A program made the position numbers and the translations under genes. DNA of 64,000 nucleotides. Origin: Harriotta raleighana (lineage: Eukaryota). The stretch is from the NCBI GenBank assembly GCA_050575255.1, contig JBNZDD010013726.1, forward strand, positions 8,939,408-9,003,407. Direction: 5' to 3'. Below the pieces are notes generated by a model. The model made no database searches. It was not told where the DNA came from and saw only the letters and a list, made by a program, of their open reading frames with translations. Of the stretch, positions 37,989 through 51,350 are shown piece by piece; the stretch's first letter is position 1, and each line of letters starts with the position of its first letter.

Positions 37989-40673
37989 CTGCAAAACCAT
38001 GTGATTCCATTAATAGCAGTCGAGTTCATATATGTGTGTTCAGACTTTCATTTTCAGATTTAGAAGATACCCAATAGTATCTTCAATAACAACATGCACT
38101 GTCCGGGGGATCAAAATTACTGTTTCTTTCAACATTTTACTATTTTCTTTCGAGATTACATCAATACATTTTCACAAACCATTATTAAATTACCCCAAAA
38201 TTAAAATGCATTTTTGGTACAGTAAACAAACTTATTTAATATATAAATTATTCAAAACAAACATGAGAACATAATTATCAGTATTTGATCTAACACTCTA
38301 CAAAGTGCCAACATTAATAAATGTTTTTTTTTGCTAAAAACGTCTATTTTATTAATCAGATCAGAGTGTTTTCTTTACTAGATTAAAAAAAGTATACCTT
38401 TCATTAATGCACAATATTTCTGTGTTGAGACTTTAGTGTTAATATGCCTACATTTATTATTACACCTTTGGCCATTTCACTCCCCTCTCCATTTTTTGAT
38501 ATGGATAGCTTTCATTTTCTTGGTTTGAGGTACCAGAAACATACATGTGATTCCAAACATTTCTGAAATGCGTTTTTGGTATCAAGGTTGCTCATGTTTC
38601 ATCTGATTAGATGATGCAATATATTCTTGGAGCAGCAAAGGCAACAATAAAGAAAACAGTAGGAACCAGAAATATATTATAGGAAATAATGGACCAGAAT
38701 CACACGAGAAACATGGTTTACTGGACCTCAGGGTTTTGGCAGTCACAGAGCTGGTTCATGTTGTTCGACTGAATTTCATTCTCTTCAGAAACTTGACAGA
38801 ACTAAGGTACATCTAGATGCTGTTGAAGAACACAAATACGTATATAAATAGCATTTATGAGTCGGCTTTAAAGTGATTCATTTGGTCATAGGTATAATCC
38901 TTTTTAACCAATGTTCAAAATATAATAATTTCTCGATTCAATTAATTCTAAATGAGACTGGTATTTTACAGATCTTTCTCTCTTGCTCGTACGTACTAAA
39001 CATGGATATCTAATGGTCCTAAAATAATTAGTTTGGACACCTACCAAAACATTAAAATTAAACTGCTTGAACTGGTATGCCTATTGAACCTTGATAGTTC
39101 CTTGATTCTGAGCCAGTGAAAAGGCAGATAGTTGAAGCAAGTGGGGTCGCTGTAATCCCAGACTGTAAGAGTTTAGGCAGCTGTGAATTAAATGACCAGT
39201 ATGATCCTCAACATTAGAGGAGGGAACATGATAGACTTCCTGAGCCTTGAAGACCTTTTGACTGCCCTTTCTTCACTAATAGGAAAATGATTTAAAAGAC
39301 TTTCTAGAATATGACCTTCATGATTATACATTTTGGATGGCTCCCAAGGGCTATGTTGCAAAGATCTGCTGTAGTTAGCCCCTTAACCATAACCAGAATG
39401 TGATCAGCAAATTTAGCACTTAATAGTAGATCATTCCCTTTAAACCTATTGGTGATTTTGAATGTACACAAATACATATTGGTTCACTCTTCACTGGTTT
39501 GACTTCCATTAATAAATCTAAAACCCTCTCAGACCATTTCACATACAAGCAGGCTGTCGTTGATTTTGCATATGAATGTTGAACACTGCTGATAAATGAA
39601 GATGTTACTCTAACTTCATGACCCTTTGTTGTAATTGGTGGACTTCAGTGCAAACCTCTATAGACCAACTACTGAGACACACAGATCATGAAAAATCTAA
39701 TCAGTTACAGTTCTATTGAATCTAGTGTCTGTTGCGCTTACTTCGCATTTAACCCTTTTGTTTGTTTGATATTTGTTCCTTCAGATACTCTAATCCACAG
39801 AAACACGAAATCATGTTTTATATTGCAAATGCAACGATTATTACTCGAATCATCCGTGCAAATTGATGAATTTGGTAGGATTACTGACCTAGTCCCACAG
39901 GATTATTGATGGATGTCACATGTGCTTTTTGGGTACCTGTCTCATTTTGTGTTATGGAAAAGGTTGGTTCAGGGAATGTATGGTAGAATGATATTTCTAC
40001 AATGGGACTTCACCATTCTTGATGTGAGACAATTTCATTCCATACTGCCGGTAGTGAAAGATCAGTTGAGACTCGTTTCAAATCAACTGGTCATCATATA
40101 TAGAGATTCTAATATGGTGCATATAAAAGCTACTTTTGAAAAAAAAGTTTAATATTTCCAGCAATAGAATAGATGTCTTAATTTATGGTGATTGATATTA
40201 AAAAGGCTACAGTATGCAACCTTGATACATTAATAGTGGCTCACAGTAACTAATTTACTTTTGCTGTTGACCATTTGTATATTTTACAAGAACCCGACGA
40301 TTTCTGTCACTTATCCCATGGGTCGACTGTGTGCCTCCTGTTAGTACAGGATTCCCCATTCACCACTCTGAATTGCTATTGTAAACTGCCACGATTTAGT
40401 GTTTTCAATATAAATGTCCTTTTTAGAAAGCCAATTTAATTGCACAAGTAAAATTGCTTTAGAGTGTCCTTGAAAAGCAGGAACTGAGCGAAAATAACCT
40501 TAAATAACAGTCAGTACAGGAATGGAACATTTCACTTTCCCACAAACCTGGGGAATTACTCATCAGCTTTTACTGTGAAGCCTACTACTAGAATTATTAA
40601 TTTGCTCATCAGATGAATATTACTGTTTTTACTATTGTTATGTAAGAGTTGAATGATTACAATTAGATCTTAC

Positions 40674-40918
40674 CTTTACACTATTACCCTTTAACATACA
40701 AGCACTTTCATGAAAATTGATTTTATTATGTGTTGGACCAGAAGGAACATTAGCAAAATGTTGCTCTGTGATACAACGAAAGGCTGACATCACAAAATAA
40801 ATAGTTTTAGACATATCTGATATTTGAAATTACATTCTACATTCTAAGTGCATTAAAATTCTTCTGATCAGAGTTGGTCATTTGTTTGTTAAATGCCATA
40901 AAAAAGATAGATGAACAA
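40674..40918 (-). pseudogene. Decayed exon resembling the C4orf50 C-terminal block
   Basis: VHLSFLWHLTNK*PTLIRRILMHL..QISDMSKTI/FCDVSLSLYHRATF versus recalled C4orf50 [46 protein letters not shown]; strong donor AAG/gtaaga. Confidence 0.4.
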
Positions 40919-42139
40919 CTATTGATTACTTTCCTATTCCCCGATGTGGTGGAGTGGACACCAAGGATTTGCTGCCATAAGAGAACCAATGACTATATTG
41001 ATAAGATGATCTCTGTCTTAGGGATACATTTCATATTACTCAGTCCTTGTTGTTTTGCTGTTATGGTGGAGCAGGGGATAATGGGCAATGCATCAGGCAT
41101 TGTCAATGCAATCCCAATCCAGATTCAGCAGATGGGTTTACAGAGGCTGTCTATCAGGGTCCATCTGTCCACTCACTAAGCCCTCCTGTGGGCTTTAGTG
41201 GGCTATGTTACCATATGCCTGCGGAGAACCTAACACCATCGCTGTAAGTGGATCATTTTATGTTTTCCCCATTTAAGACAATCTGCATTCGTTTTAATAG
41301 TCTAGATATGCTCCACTGTGTGTTATTTCACCTGCTGTTTTAATTTAAATTCCGTAATTTCCAAGTATCTTATTGTGATTCTTATTTTAGGTATTAATAT
41401 ATTGGTAACTTTTTAGTACCTGATGCTTTCATATTGTTTGTTAATCAATATTACAGGGCATTAATATGTTATTTACTCAGCAGATTGATAATGCTTTCTT
41501 ACAAATGTAAACTTGTTTGGATTAAAAAGAGAAACCAATCTATTTCTGCATGTATTCCACATAATAGTCCCTTTGTATAGAATATTTTAAAAAAAACACT
41601 TGTACCATCCCTGCATGATTATTAATGCACGGTCAAGATTTAACATTTTGTTTGTCTATCAAGTGGATAGAATTAATGGTTGTCACGCTTTGCAGTACAA
41701 AACTTTGTTGCTATTTACTGAATAGTTGTGTTTGGATTAAAATTATCCTACATAAAGATTATATTTATGGATTTGAGAATTTTAGGATCAATTCTTCATT
41801 TGAGATTATGCAGATATTATATATATATANTTATATTTATGGATTTGAGAATTTTAGGATCAATTCTTCATTTGAGATTATGCAGATATTATATATATTA
41901 TATATATGCATCTCAGCCTGCTATTGTTATTAATAAATATATATATATTATAAATAAACAAGGAGCAGGATGAGCTGCAAAAGGGCACAGTTGTCTATTA
42001 TAACTGTCCTTAATGGCACTGATGAATCCTCACTTCACGAATAATCAGATTTGGGATTTAATTTGCAATCTGAGCTTCAAATGCTGCAACCATACCTTCC
42101 AGTTTGTGGATATCACAGGCTGTTTAATTTACAAGATTA

Positions 42140-42460
42140 AAATGGCTATTGCATTAGATCATTGAAAACAAAGATACCATGGCTCAAATAGGGCATTAAG
42201 ATACAGAAGTGTTATATACAAGATTAAGCTCTACTGTGAAGTTAGAAAAAATGTGTGAGTCATTCTTCTCATGGGAGAGTGTTTCATGACCCCAAACTGG
42301 TTACTTCCCCCTCCTGAGAGAGGAAAAAGTGGTGGGCTTGTTGCTACAGAATGCTACACATTAATAGTTGAACGTTTCTCACACAAACGTTGGTGTGAGA
42401 AACTCCAAATGAGAAGATTTGTATAAAATTATGTTGGATTAAATGAACTATTATACATAT
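42140..42460 (+). mobile_element. Highly degraded CR1-like ORF2 3' fragment
   Basis: cattgaaaacaaaga..gggcattaagatacagaagtgttatataca and tttctcacacaaacgttggtg..actccaaatgagaagattt..atgttggat resemble the CR1 SLE.RR..D..EVY and FTQRVV regions. Confidence 0.35.
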
Positions 42461-43756
42461 TCGACAAATGCTAGATTGCACTTAGGCTTCTCGTACTGTT
42501 AGGAAATGTCTGTCAGTCTATTAAGGAAACATGCCCTAGCACACTCCAGATATACCAGCAGCTGGTTCTGCTGCAGCTTTAGCTGAGGCTTGGAACAAGT
42601 TGCCCTTTAAGTCAAGGCACAACATATTGTGTGGGCGGAACTTATGAGGTGAGGAAATTAGCTTAATCATTAAATAACAAGTTGGAAATCATGCTAAAAT
42701 ATGACCTTCCCAATCCGCTTTCCTCTAAATGTCATGATACAGCAGTTCACTGACCTGCTTTTAGTTCTCATTTTGTCCACACCTCCGCAGTTTTGTTTTC
42801 TTGAGTGCCTTTTTGATACATGAGAGATTCTGGAAGAGAAAATAACCAATCCACATGACAAGGATAAAGCCAACACAGGATCACACGGTCATTTGAGGGT
42901 GTAATTCGTAATGAGTGATAATTTCCGCTGGTGATAATTATTTGGCATTATACTGTACATCCCATTGCTCACCACATTTATACTAGAACAGAAAGTGCTA
43001 CAGGTGCTGAGCAGAGCAAGCAGCATCTGAAAGATTGTTGAAAATGCAGTTTTATCATCAAATAATTGCTGTAAAATCCTATCCTAGCATTTCCTGTTTT
43101 ACTTTAAATTATGAGTTTTTANAGATTGTTGAAAATGCAGTTTTATCATCAAATAATTGCTGTAAAATCCTAGCATTTCCTGTTTTACTTCAAATTATGA
43201 GTTTTTGAAAAAAAAAGGTTTTCCCTCACTAACTACTGTATTGAACTGGACGGACTTCGTATGTGTTTATGATTATTTTCACATTGGTTTTGAAGGGGGG
43301 AGTGATTCACGGTTGTTCCCGATGTTACAGACTGTGATGAAGTATCTCTGCAGCATGGTCTCTAAAACACTTAATGTGATCATGTAATTGTAAATGCTCT
43401 GAAACAGCTGGGCCTTGTTCTGAGCTTATGTTTGTTTTTCTACTAAAGTAATTTATCCCAATTAATTATTGTAAAAAGAGTATTATTTACCTCATGCAAG
43501 CCCTCATGTGCACACATCTGTTTGGTTGCAGGCAGAATGGGCAGGTCAAACATGCACTGATTTACCCTATTACTGTATTCATAACATTATTACCAAAGGA
43601 TATACAGTACTAGGTCTTCTGACTCCGCAACTCTGATGCACAGATGGCCAGCACACAGCACTGAGTCTCTGTGTTAAACCTGCCCTGCTTTCTGTGGTCT
43701 GTAATTAATCCAGCCACATTAACATTCAGCAAATTGACTTATGCTGTAATAGAAAA

Positions 43757-43936
43757 ATAATAATAATTTGGTCACTCAATCCACGACTGTTTGTGGGACA
43801 CTGCTGTCCGTAATTGTTTGGTCACGTTTTGCCCACAAAATATACAGTCATTTCACTTTACAGTCTACTCTCTGAAGCGCTTTGAGACATCTCGAAGATG
43901 TGATAAGATACTATATCTAATGCAAGGATTATTATC
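43757..43936 (+). mobile_element. 5'-truncated SINE copy
   Basis: ttggtcactcaatccacgactgtttgtgggacactgctg...gaagcgctttgagacatctcgaagatgtga..tgcaaggattatt. Confidence 0.85.
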
Positions 43937-45126
43937 ATCAAAAGGAATGATTGTGTCAGTCACGTACCTGAGCGCTTGACTTATTTTTTACCAATAGTTT
44001 TCAAACTAATCAGAGCCAGTCTTACAATACTAGATGTGGAAAGAACTCGCATTTTGAAATGTACTAATTATTTTATTCAAGTTCACTTAATAATTACAGT
44101 CTATTTGCCTCAAAAGTAAGGGAGATTTTCCACCAGAGCACAGATTGGGAGGCTTTTTGTGGTGTGACATCATTAATGAATCAAATAGTTTTCTATGATT
44201 TTATCTTGAAACGCAGTTTACAGTCACTTAACCATCAAAGCCCAAGGGCGGAATAAGCCCTATTACCGTTCTATCATCCATAAAAATAGCTGACACTTTG
44301 GAGTGACTCTAGTTCGCTAGAAATTAATAAATGAATCACTCTTTTTCTGGGCACAGGCATCACTGGCATGTTCCCAAAAGAAAAAAAAACTTTCCAAAGT
44401 AAATGTAAGCTCCCAAGCGAGTCAAGCAAGATGCACAATGGAGCTGATCAAATCCGTTCATTCAAAACAAAAAGCACGGGATAGTTACTTGTGGTCTCTA
44501 AGAAGGCGTTTGGATTGTGTGAGGTATGGCATGGTTGCACAGACATTTTCTGGTGAGCAGTCTGATTATTCTCTCACTGGTTTGGAATTCACTACTGCGT
44601 GATCATCTGTAACTTAAAACTGCAGGTTTCTTCGGTAGCTTACACAGTTGAGGGAGTGATCAGTTTTGAGGGCTCGAGGAATGCCCTCCTCTGGTCTCTG
44701 ATTGTGGCCACTACCACTTCTCAAGTCCTCGTGACAGGAAGACCAAGGTTTATGGGTTTGTATCACTCAGTGGCACAATTGCATTCACTATAGCGTCTTT
44801 CACCTTGGAAAGACAGTTCAAGGCGGTGGATATTTGGACCTTGAAGGAGGCAAGGGAGGGGTTGAGGTAGAGGGATTCTGGATGGATTTACAGAGTTAAA
44901 GGTTTGAGCACCAGGTAAATATGTCGTAGGATAAGCTCAATGAGGAAATTCCTGATTTAGATGATTCTAAGTGCTCCGAGATGCTGTCCTCCGTGAAGGG
45001 CACTAAATAAATGCAAGTTGTTGTTGTTAATTCCTTTGGGAGAACACCAATTCTGGATGCAAATACTGGAAGTATTTAACAACAACATGTCAAAATAATG
45101 ATAGCCTGCCCACCACTTTTCCACTT

Positions 45127-45250
45127 TGTCCTTTCGCCCACAAATATACAATCAATTCACTTTACAGTATATTCTGTGAAGCACTTTGAAATGTCTAGAA
45201 GATGTGAGAAGCGCTATATCAAATGCAAGGATGATGGTTATCATTATTAT
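45127..45250 (+). mobile_element. SINE 3' fragment
   Basis: ttcgcccacaaatatacaatcaattcac...gctatatcaaatgcaagg. Confidence 0.85.
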
Positions 45251-46614
45251 TCCTCTTGGAAACTGATTCTGAGTTCGCGTTCAGGATCTTTTGTTAAAAA
45301 GAAGTTCTTTTAAATAGAGATATACATTTCTGATGCAAATGAGTACTTCGACAATGAAGAGATCAGTAATATTCTCCAAGTTGTCATTAATGTGAATTAA
45401 AGACCAAAGTAATAATGGTCAAATTTACACTATAAAAGAACACTGTGCAAAGTCAGTGTGTCAGATATTATGAGATCATTAGTTGGGTGCCTTAGAAGGC
45501 ATTTGTGCCAGTAAATAAATGACTGTAGATCAATATTGGTGCAGTTTCATCAAAATTATGTGATTTTGTAATTTACTGCAGGACAACAATAAAATATTCT
45601 GATATTCACGGTTTTACGTCACCTGGCTTTGAGGCATCCTTTTAATACTGTCTAGGGAAACGTTGGTGCGCACATACAATAAAGATGCTGCCAGTAAATG
45701 AGTCTTGGCTCTAATTCACAGATGCCTGGTGGCTCTAAATTTTATTGCAGTCATTCCCTTTGCACACTATGTGGAAAATGGCATTCAATCACCTAAGACA
45801 TATCTACAGTACTTACTGAGGGCGAAATATACACTGTCAATGCATTAGTGCTTTTTATTATATACAGTATTTTAAAGCATGTTACATTGGTGTGCTGTTT
45901 GTTGTTTTCTCGTTTTTCCATCAATGAACTATCTGTAATTTATATATTTTTATTTGTGACCCATGTGAAAAAAAATGGATGTGTCAGTTTAAGCTAAAGG
46001 GTCTTCGGGTCTATATTCTTATGGTTACTTGTTATTCATCTAAGCCTTATTCCTTGCTTTGTCAATATCACTAGTTTTGAAAGCGTTGCAAACACTTCCC
46101 AAGTGTAAATCAAATAGTACTTTTGCTCGCATACACAATGTGTTCTGCTTACTTCCCAAATGATGTCTTAACCACCTTTACTGAAGCTATTAGCTCAATA
46201 ATTGAGTCATCTACATATCATTTTCTCCTTTGAAGCTCGTAAACATTGCAAAGCAATTAAACTAGTGAATCGAGTGAAGCCGATGTCTCAGTTATTCAGC
46301 ACGGTCCAAGGAGCTCTTTCTTTGTGTTCTGCACATAGACATAATTTCTGCAAATTCTTGCTAAAGAGATTAGAAAGAGTTTGAAGTAAAATAAACCACT
46401 GATAAGATTTCAACATAATGTTGGGAGTTAGAATATTAAAGAATATTGTAAACCATCAATGGCAAAAAAAACTTCTATATCAAAAAAAATTCTAGTTGCA
46501 TTGCCACAGATTACAATTTCACATTCTTGCACTTAATTAAATCTCAATTTCTTATGACAGGATTTCTATGTAACTTCTTTGTAACTTAGTCTTATTAGAT
46601 GCCTAAAAAGGAGT

Positions 46615-46780
46615 AATTTGCAGAAGATGGGAGTAAAGGCAGGCAAATGGCCTGTTCTTTCAAAGAGTCAGCAACAACAAGAACAAAATTACATTTATAG
46701 AGTGCCTTTCACTTCGTGAGGACGTCCCAGCAGAGACACAATGAGCTGAATCGCCTTCTTTTGTGCTGTAAATTTGTACA
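46615..46780 (+). mobile_element. CR1 3' end carrying an inserted antisense L2 tail
   Basis: CR1-like gggagtaaaggcaggcaaatgg..ctttcaaagagtcagc|agagacacaatgagctgaatcgccttcttttgtgctgtaaatt, split by an L2 tail with a CAGCA duplication. Confidence 0.65.
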
Positions 46781-48884
46781 GTTCTGTGGTTCATACTGTA
46801 AATCATTGGGTTCTCTTGGTTACATTAAGAATAACCTTCACCTTTGTTGTAAATAAAATTCATGTATGTAGCTTCGGCAATAATTTACCAATTTACTGCA
46901 AATCCTTGAATAGGTGTTAGCTATGGTTCATGGTGGGAGTGATAGTAAATCCTGTTGACTCTAATGAAAGGAAAGGTTGTAACTCACTGAGCCTTGTTGG
47001 TTTATGATAATAAATATTACTGCAATGTTTTCAGCGAATTGCCTTCCAAGCATAAACAAAACTGGAAAGTTAATCTTAGGTGAATTGTCTGTATATTTTG
47101 TGGGTGAAATGCAGCAGCCATTTGGACACAGTAGTGTCCCACAAATACTAGTAGATTGAGTGACCCAAATATTACTTTTGTTCATTTTTTTGAAAAGGGA
47201 TTATTACCTCCGGAAATATGATTTACAACAGGGTTCCTACTTACTGCTAGATAAACATAGGTATGGTGAATAAGGTAACTTGCCAAATGCTTCTTTCGCC
47301 CTGTATGTATATATATGCAGATATTGTACATACATATCCAGTGCACTGCCCATTTTTCCTTGCTTCTTTCTCTATGTTCTATTATCTGCTTCTTTGGGGC
47401 TTGCTTTGGCCTACATTTTTATGGTTAGAAGCTAGCTTGACTGCCCATTGATACAAAATACATTTGTTTTATTTAATTTTGAATGAGTGGGAAATGAACT
47501 GTTATTGTAAAGTATTAGTACTGTATGCCATTTTCAGTATCCAATTTAACAATTTGTTTCAAAGTGTTGTGCTGATATTCTTCCCTCATCATTTCCTGAC
47601 TAGACTAGTTGTGTTACAGTGTTATTTTTTGACAATGGTACTTCTCTGTGTTTTTTGTTGGGTGGGGATGGGCAGGAGGAGAGAATTTGTTGAGGGGCAA
47701 CCTATGGAAAACTATTTACTACCTTAGTTTGGAGTAAAAATCGCCATCTTAAAACTGGTAGTGAATTAACAATTCAGACAGATATAGGTACTCTCTTATC
47801 AACCCCCTTAATGCGTGGCTTGAGCTAATTCACTTTGGCTTGGAAGCTAGTCATTGATTATATCTGCTAAATGATGCAGATTTGGGACAGTGAGGAAGAA
47901 AAGTACAACAATAACTATTCAGCTTTGATCATATTAAATCAGCTCGGCCTCTCTGATAAGATGAAGGGAAATGCAGTAGTTTGACTTTCTTTAACCCATT
48001 TGGACCTAATAACCCATTTGGTATGTGCTCTTGTTACATATCTAGGCTCTTCAAGGTCCTGAATCATAAAAACAATATTTCTGGAGTCAAACATCGGGGG
48101 GTTGTTACTTAAACTCACTGAAATCAAGTCTCTGTGACATCTCTCTAAATCATTATCTCATCCATTAATAGTTTCAGAACAACAGATTTGTCCATTGAAA
48201 ACTCTGCTATGATTGCAACTCAATGAATCTCAGTGCACAGGAGATTAATCGAACCTCAAGGTTCAGATAATGACCAATAAAACACTCGAGCTTCGCTCTT
48301 GCAGTTTATGGCATCTTCCATCCTCGATTGGGTTTGTTTGTAATTACTGAGAAGCAGCCAGTGCGCTCTGTACACCTCACACATTCTCATGTAGATATAG
48401 GAATATAAAATTTGTTGAATTTTGAAAAGATTGTTAAATGAATTAAATCAGGTGTGAACTTTGTACTGATTATATTTCAACCCATCTTCTGACTTAAAAA
48501 GAAGGTGGTTAATGGAATTTTCAAAACTGCTAACTCAAGTGCGGAGAGCTATAATCAAAGCACATAGAATAATACCGCATATCATGTGATGCAAGAATTG
48601 GGATCCAATTTACTCTATGTTAATGCTCATTCTGCACTCATCCAAAAAAAAATCCAATTAACTGACAGCAAATGTAATAACAGCAATGCCGAGATGAGAT
48701 TTGATTGATTATTCAGACAGCATATGGATAGTACAGGAAATGTCACTCTTTAAAAGCGAACAGACTTAAAAGTAAGTGATGAGCTGTTCTCCAGAGGGTT
48801 TACCATCAGTCTCATCTGTATACCTGTTCCGGTCCATTTACAAGGCTTTAGAGTGTAATGAATGTAAAAGAAACATTAAGCCTC

Positions 48885-49153
48885 ATTGTAAAATGGATTG
48901 ACCGTATTTGTGGGCGAAACACAGCAGCCAATTGCACAAGCAGTGTCCCACATACAGTCGTGGATTGAGTGAGCGGATTTTGTTTGATGGAATATTCCTC
49001 CTGGAAAGTGATCTGCCAATCGAGTAACTGCTTACTGTAAACAAAGGCATGTGGAGTAAGGAAAGTTGCCTAAGGTTTTGTCCCACTTAAGAAGCAAAAC
49101 TCAGGTTCTTTCGTTTGTAATGCAGGGATGTTAACCACTATGTTGCATACTCC
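48885..49153 (-). mobile_element. tRNA-derived SINE, 3'-truncated (another fragment at about 47080-47208)
   Basis: tatttgtgggcgaaacacagcagccaattgcac..gtggagtaaggaaagttgcctaagg..ttaaccactatgttgc. Confidence 0.8.
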
Positions 49154-50654
49154 CATCATGTTTGACCCAGTGAGTAAATGCTTTGTGTTCCCTAACTAGT
49201 GTCACCAAAGCCTACTGCAACCTGGCTTGAGATCAGCTAGTTCCACAATGACCTACATGGTCCACTTTCCTGAGCTATTTACAGAATAAATTAAATAAAC
49301 CATTTGGAAAATGATTGCAAACCTTGAGCATGACTCCAGCTATTAGAAATTTAGTTTCCCGACACAGTTTTGCTGTGGCAGCAAGTAATTAGAAACAAAT
49401 CATGAGCACAATTCGGCAACATTGATCTTGTTATTTGTTAATTTAATTACTATTATCATCATTTATTATCGATATGTTACTGCTACATTCATCCAAAAAT
49501 TTAGTCTTTATCCTGCTGGTTTGATTCTTTCAAGATCGAATTAGAAAGATCCCTTCTAGGAAGCAATATCTTGAGATATATGTTTGAAACATGACATGTG
49601 CGTGCAACAATCAGGTTGGATTGACCTCAGTCTTCTTTCAGTATAAACAATTCTTATGTTCTAACGTTTGCTATTTAACAAATAGGATTTGGAACAGTAG
49701 GCTGAACTTTTGACTGAACTGGGTGGGGGGGAAATGTGCCTTTAAATCTCACAGTACATGGGATACTGAACATTGCTGACAGATGGGAGCAATCAATTCT
49801 GTATCAATAAAAAGTACATAGACTGGGATGCAGCAGCTGTGTAGCTGAGCTAAATTGCAGTCCTTTTTCAATGTTAATGAAGGTGTTAACCCTGCATATC
49901 CAATGAGGCCTTCAAAGACCGATCACAGCACTCAAATGGTCATTGGCCTTTCCAATTAAAAGGTTGCTCTTCACAGATAAAAAGGTTGCAGATGATTATG
50001 TATTACTGAAAGCAGATCTGCCAGGACCAAAGTATTTCAAGAAACTTGCATCCAAGCAGTCTGAGTGTGGCATGGATAAGTGCAGTTTCATTAAATGCCA
50101 AAGAACCTGAAGATACATCATTAGCAAAACTATTATCTCGAGGAAATCTGCCAAGTTTGGAATTGTAATTTATGAATTTCTGTGATGATGTAGTGGGCTT
50201 GTGCTTTATTTTTTATATACAGAATGGTGGCTTTGCTCACAACGAATTGTTAGACTTGGCTAGTAAATACCAGGCTCTTTGACCAAGGGAAGAAGGAAAA
50301 ATTGGAGGGGGATATCAGTCTCTTAGCACTCAGTTAGATTTCCATGTTGCTAGCCTCATGAGAAGTGCAATCATCGATCAGTCTTGTTGACAGGGAAACA
50401 ATGTGTAGCTGGGGATGCTAATAAATTTAAGAAGTGGCTGGACAATAAAAAAATCCTTCTCTAATTGCTTATCTGAAGGGGTACATTTAGATATATGTCA
50501 CGAACACTGGATAGTACATTGCTGAACTGGAGACCAATATTATACAATATTAACAGGACTAAGGGAATAATACAATTTATTTTGCTGATTTTTAGTACTT
50601 TGCTCGGGGTGCTTGAAATTATACACCAAAAGCTTCCAATCGCGTTTATTTCAA

Positions 50655-51350
50655 AATAATAATAATAACAATGAACCTTGCATTTGATATAGCACTTTTC
50701 ACATCTTCTAGAGGTCTCAAAGAGCTTCACAGAATATACTGTAAAGTGAATTGACTATTTTTGAGTATATTGACTGAGTGGTATTGGAAAGGGTGCAAAG
50801 AAGGTTTACTAGAATGGTACCAGGATTGAGGGACTTCAGTTATGAGGAAAGGCTAGATAGGCGAGGTTTATTCTCTTTAGAACAGAGACGGTTGAGAGGA
50901 GACCTTAATAGAGGTTTATAAAATCATGAGGGGATTCGACAGGGTGAATAAGGAAAGACTGTTTCCACCGGTGGGCGAATCTGTGAGGCCGATTCGATAA
51001 CAGCTTTTAAAAGAGAATTAGATCTTTATTTAGGGAGAACACGTCTGTCGGGTTATGGGGAGAGAGCTGGGCAGTGGGATTGAGTTGCTCTTTTCAAAGA
51101 GTCGACACAGACTAGATGGGATCCTTTTGTGCTGTAAAATTCTATGATTCTATGATATTTGTGGGCAAAACGCAGCAGCCAATTGCGCATAGCAGTGTCC
51201 CACATATTTTGTGGTTTGAAATAACCAAATTATTATTGTTTTTTTTAGAGGGATTATTATCAGGCATGTTTGTGTGTGTCTGGAGTAAAGAAACTTGCTG
51301 AAGGTTTCACCCTGACCTGCCGGGAATTGAACCCAGGTCTCTTGCTTGCA
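50655..51350 (-). mobile_element. SINE interrupted by a CR1 insertion
   Basis: Tail half 50655-50758 and head half 51154-51350 join seamlessly at gtgaattgact|atatttgtgggc. Confidence 0.88.
50781..51155 (+). mobile_element. CR1 LINE 3' fragment (ORF2 C-terminus + 3' UTR)
   Basis: [60 protein letters not shown]; terminal (ATTCTATG)2 repeat, diagnostic of CR1. Confidence 0.93.

Noticed and set aside
47720-47770. Minus-strand KMAIFTP..AG/gt resembling C4orf50 NLAVTPLK
   Set aside because: Too short, needs indels and has no acceptor; indistinguishable from chance
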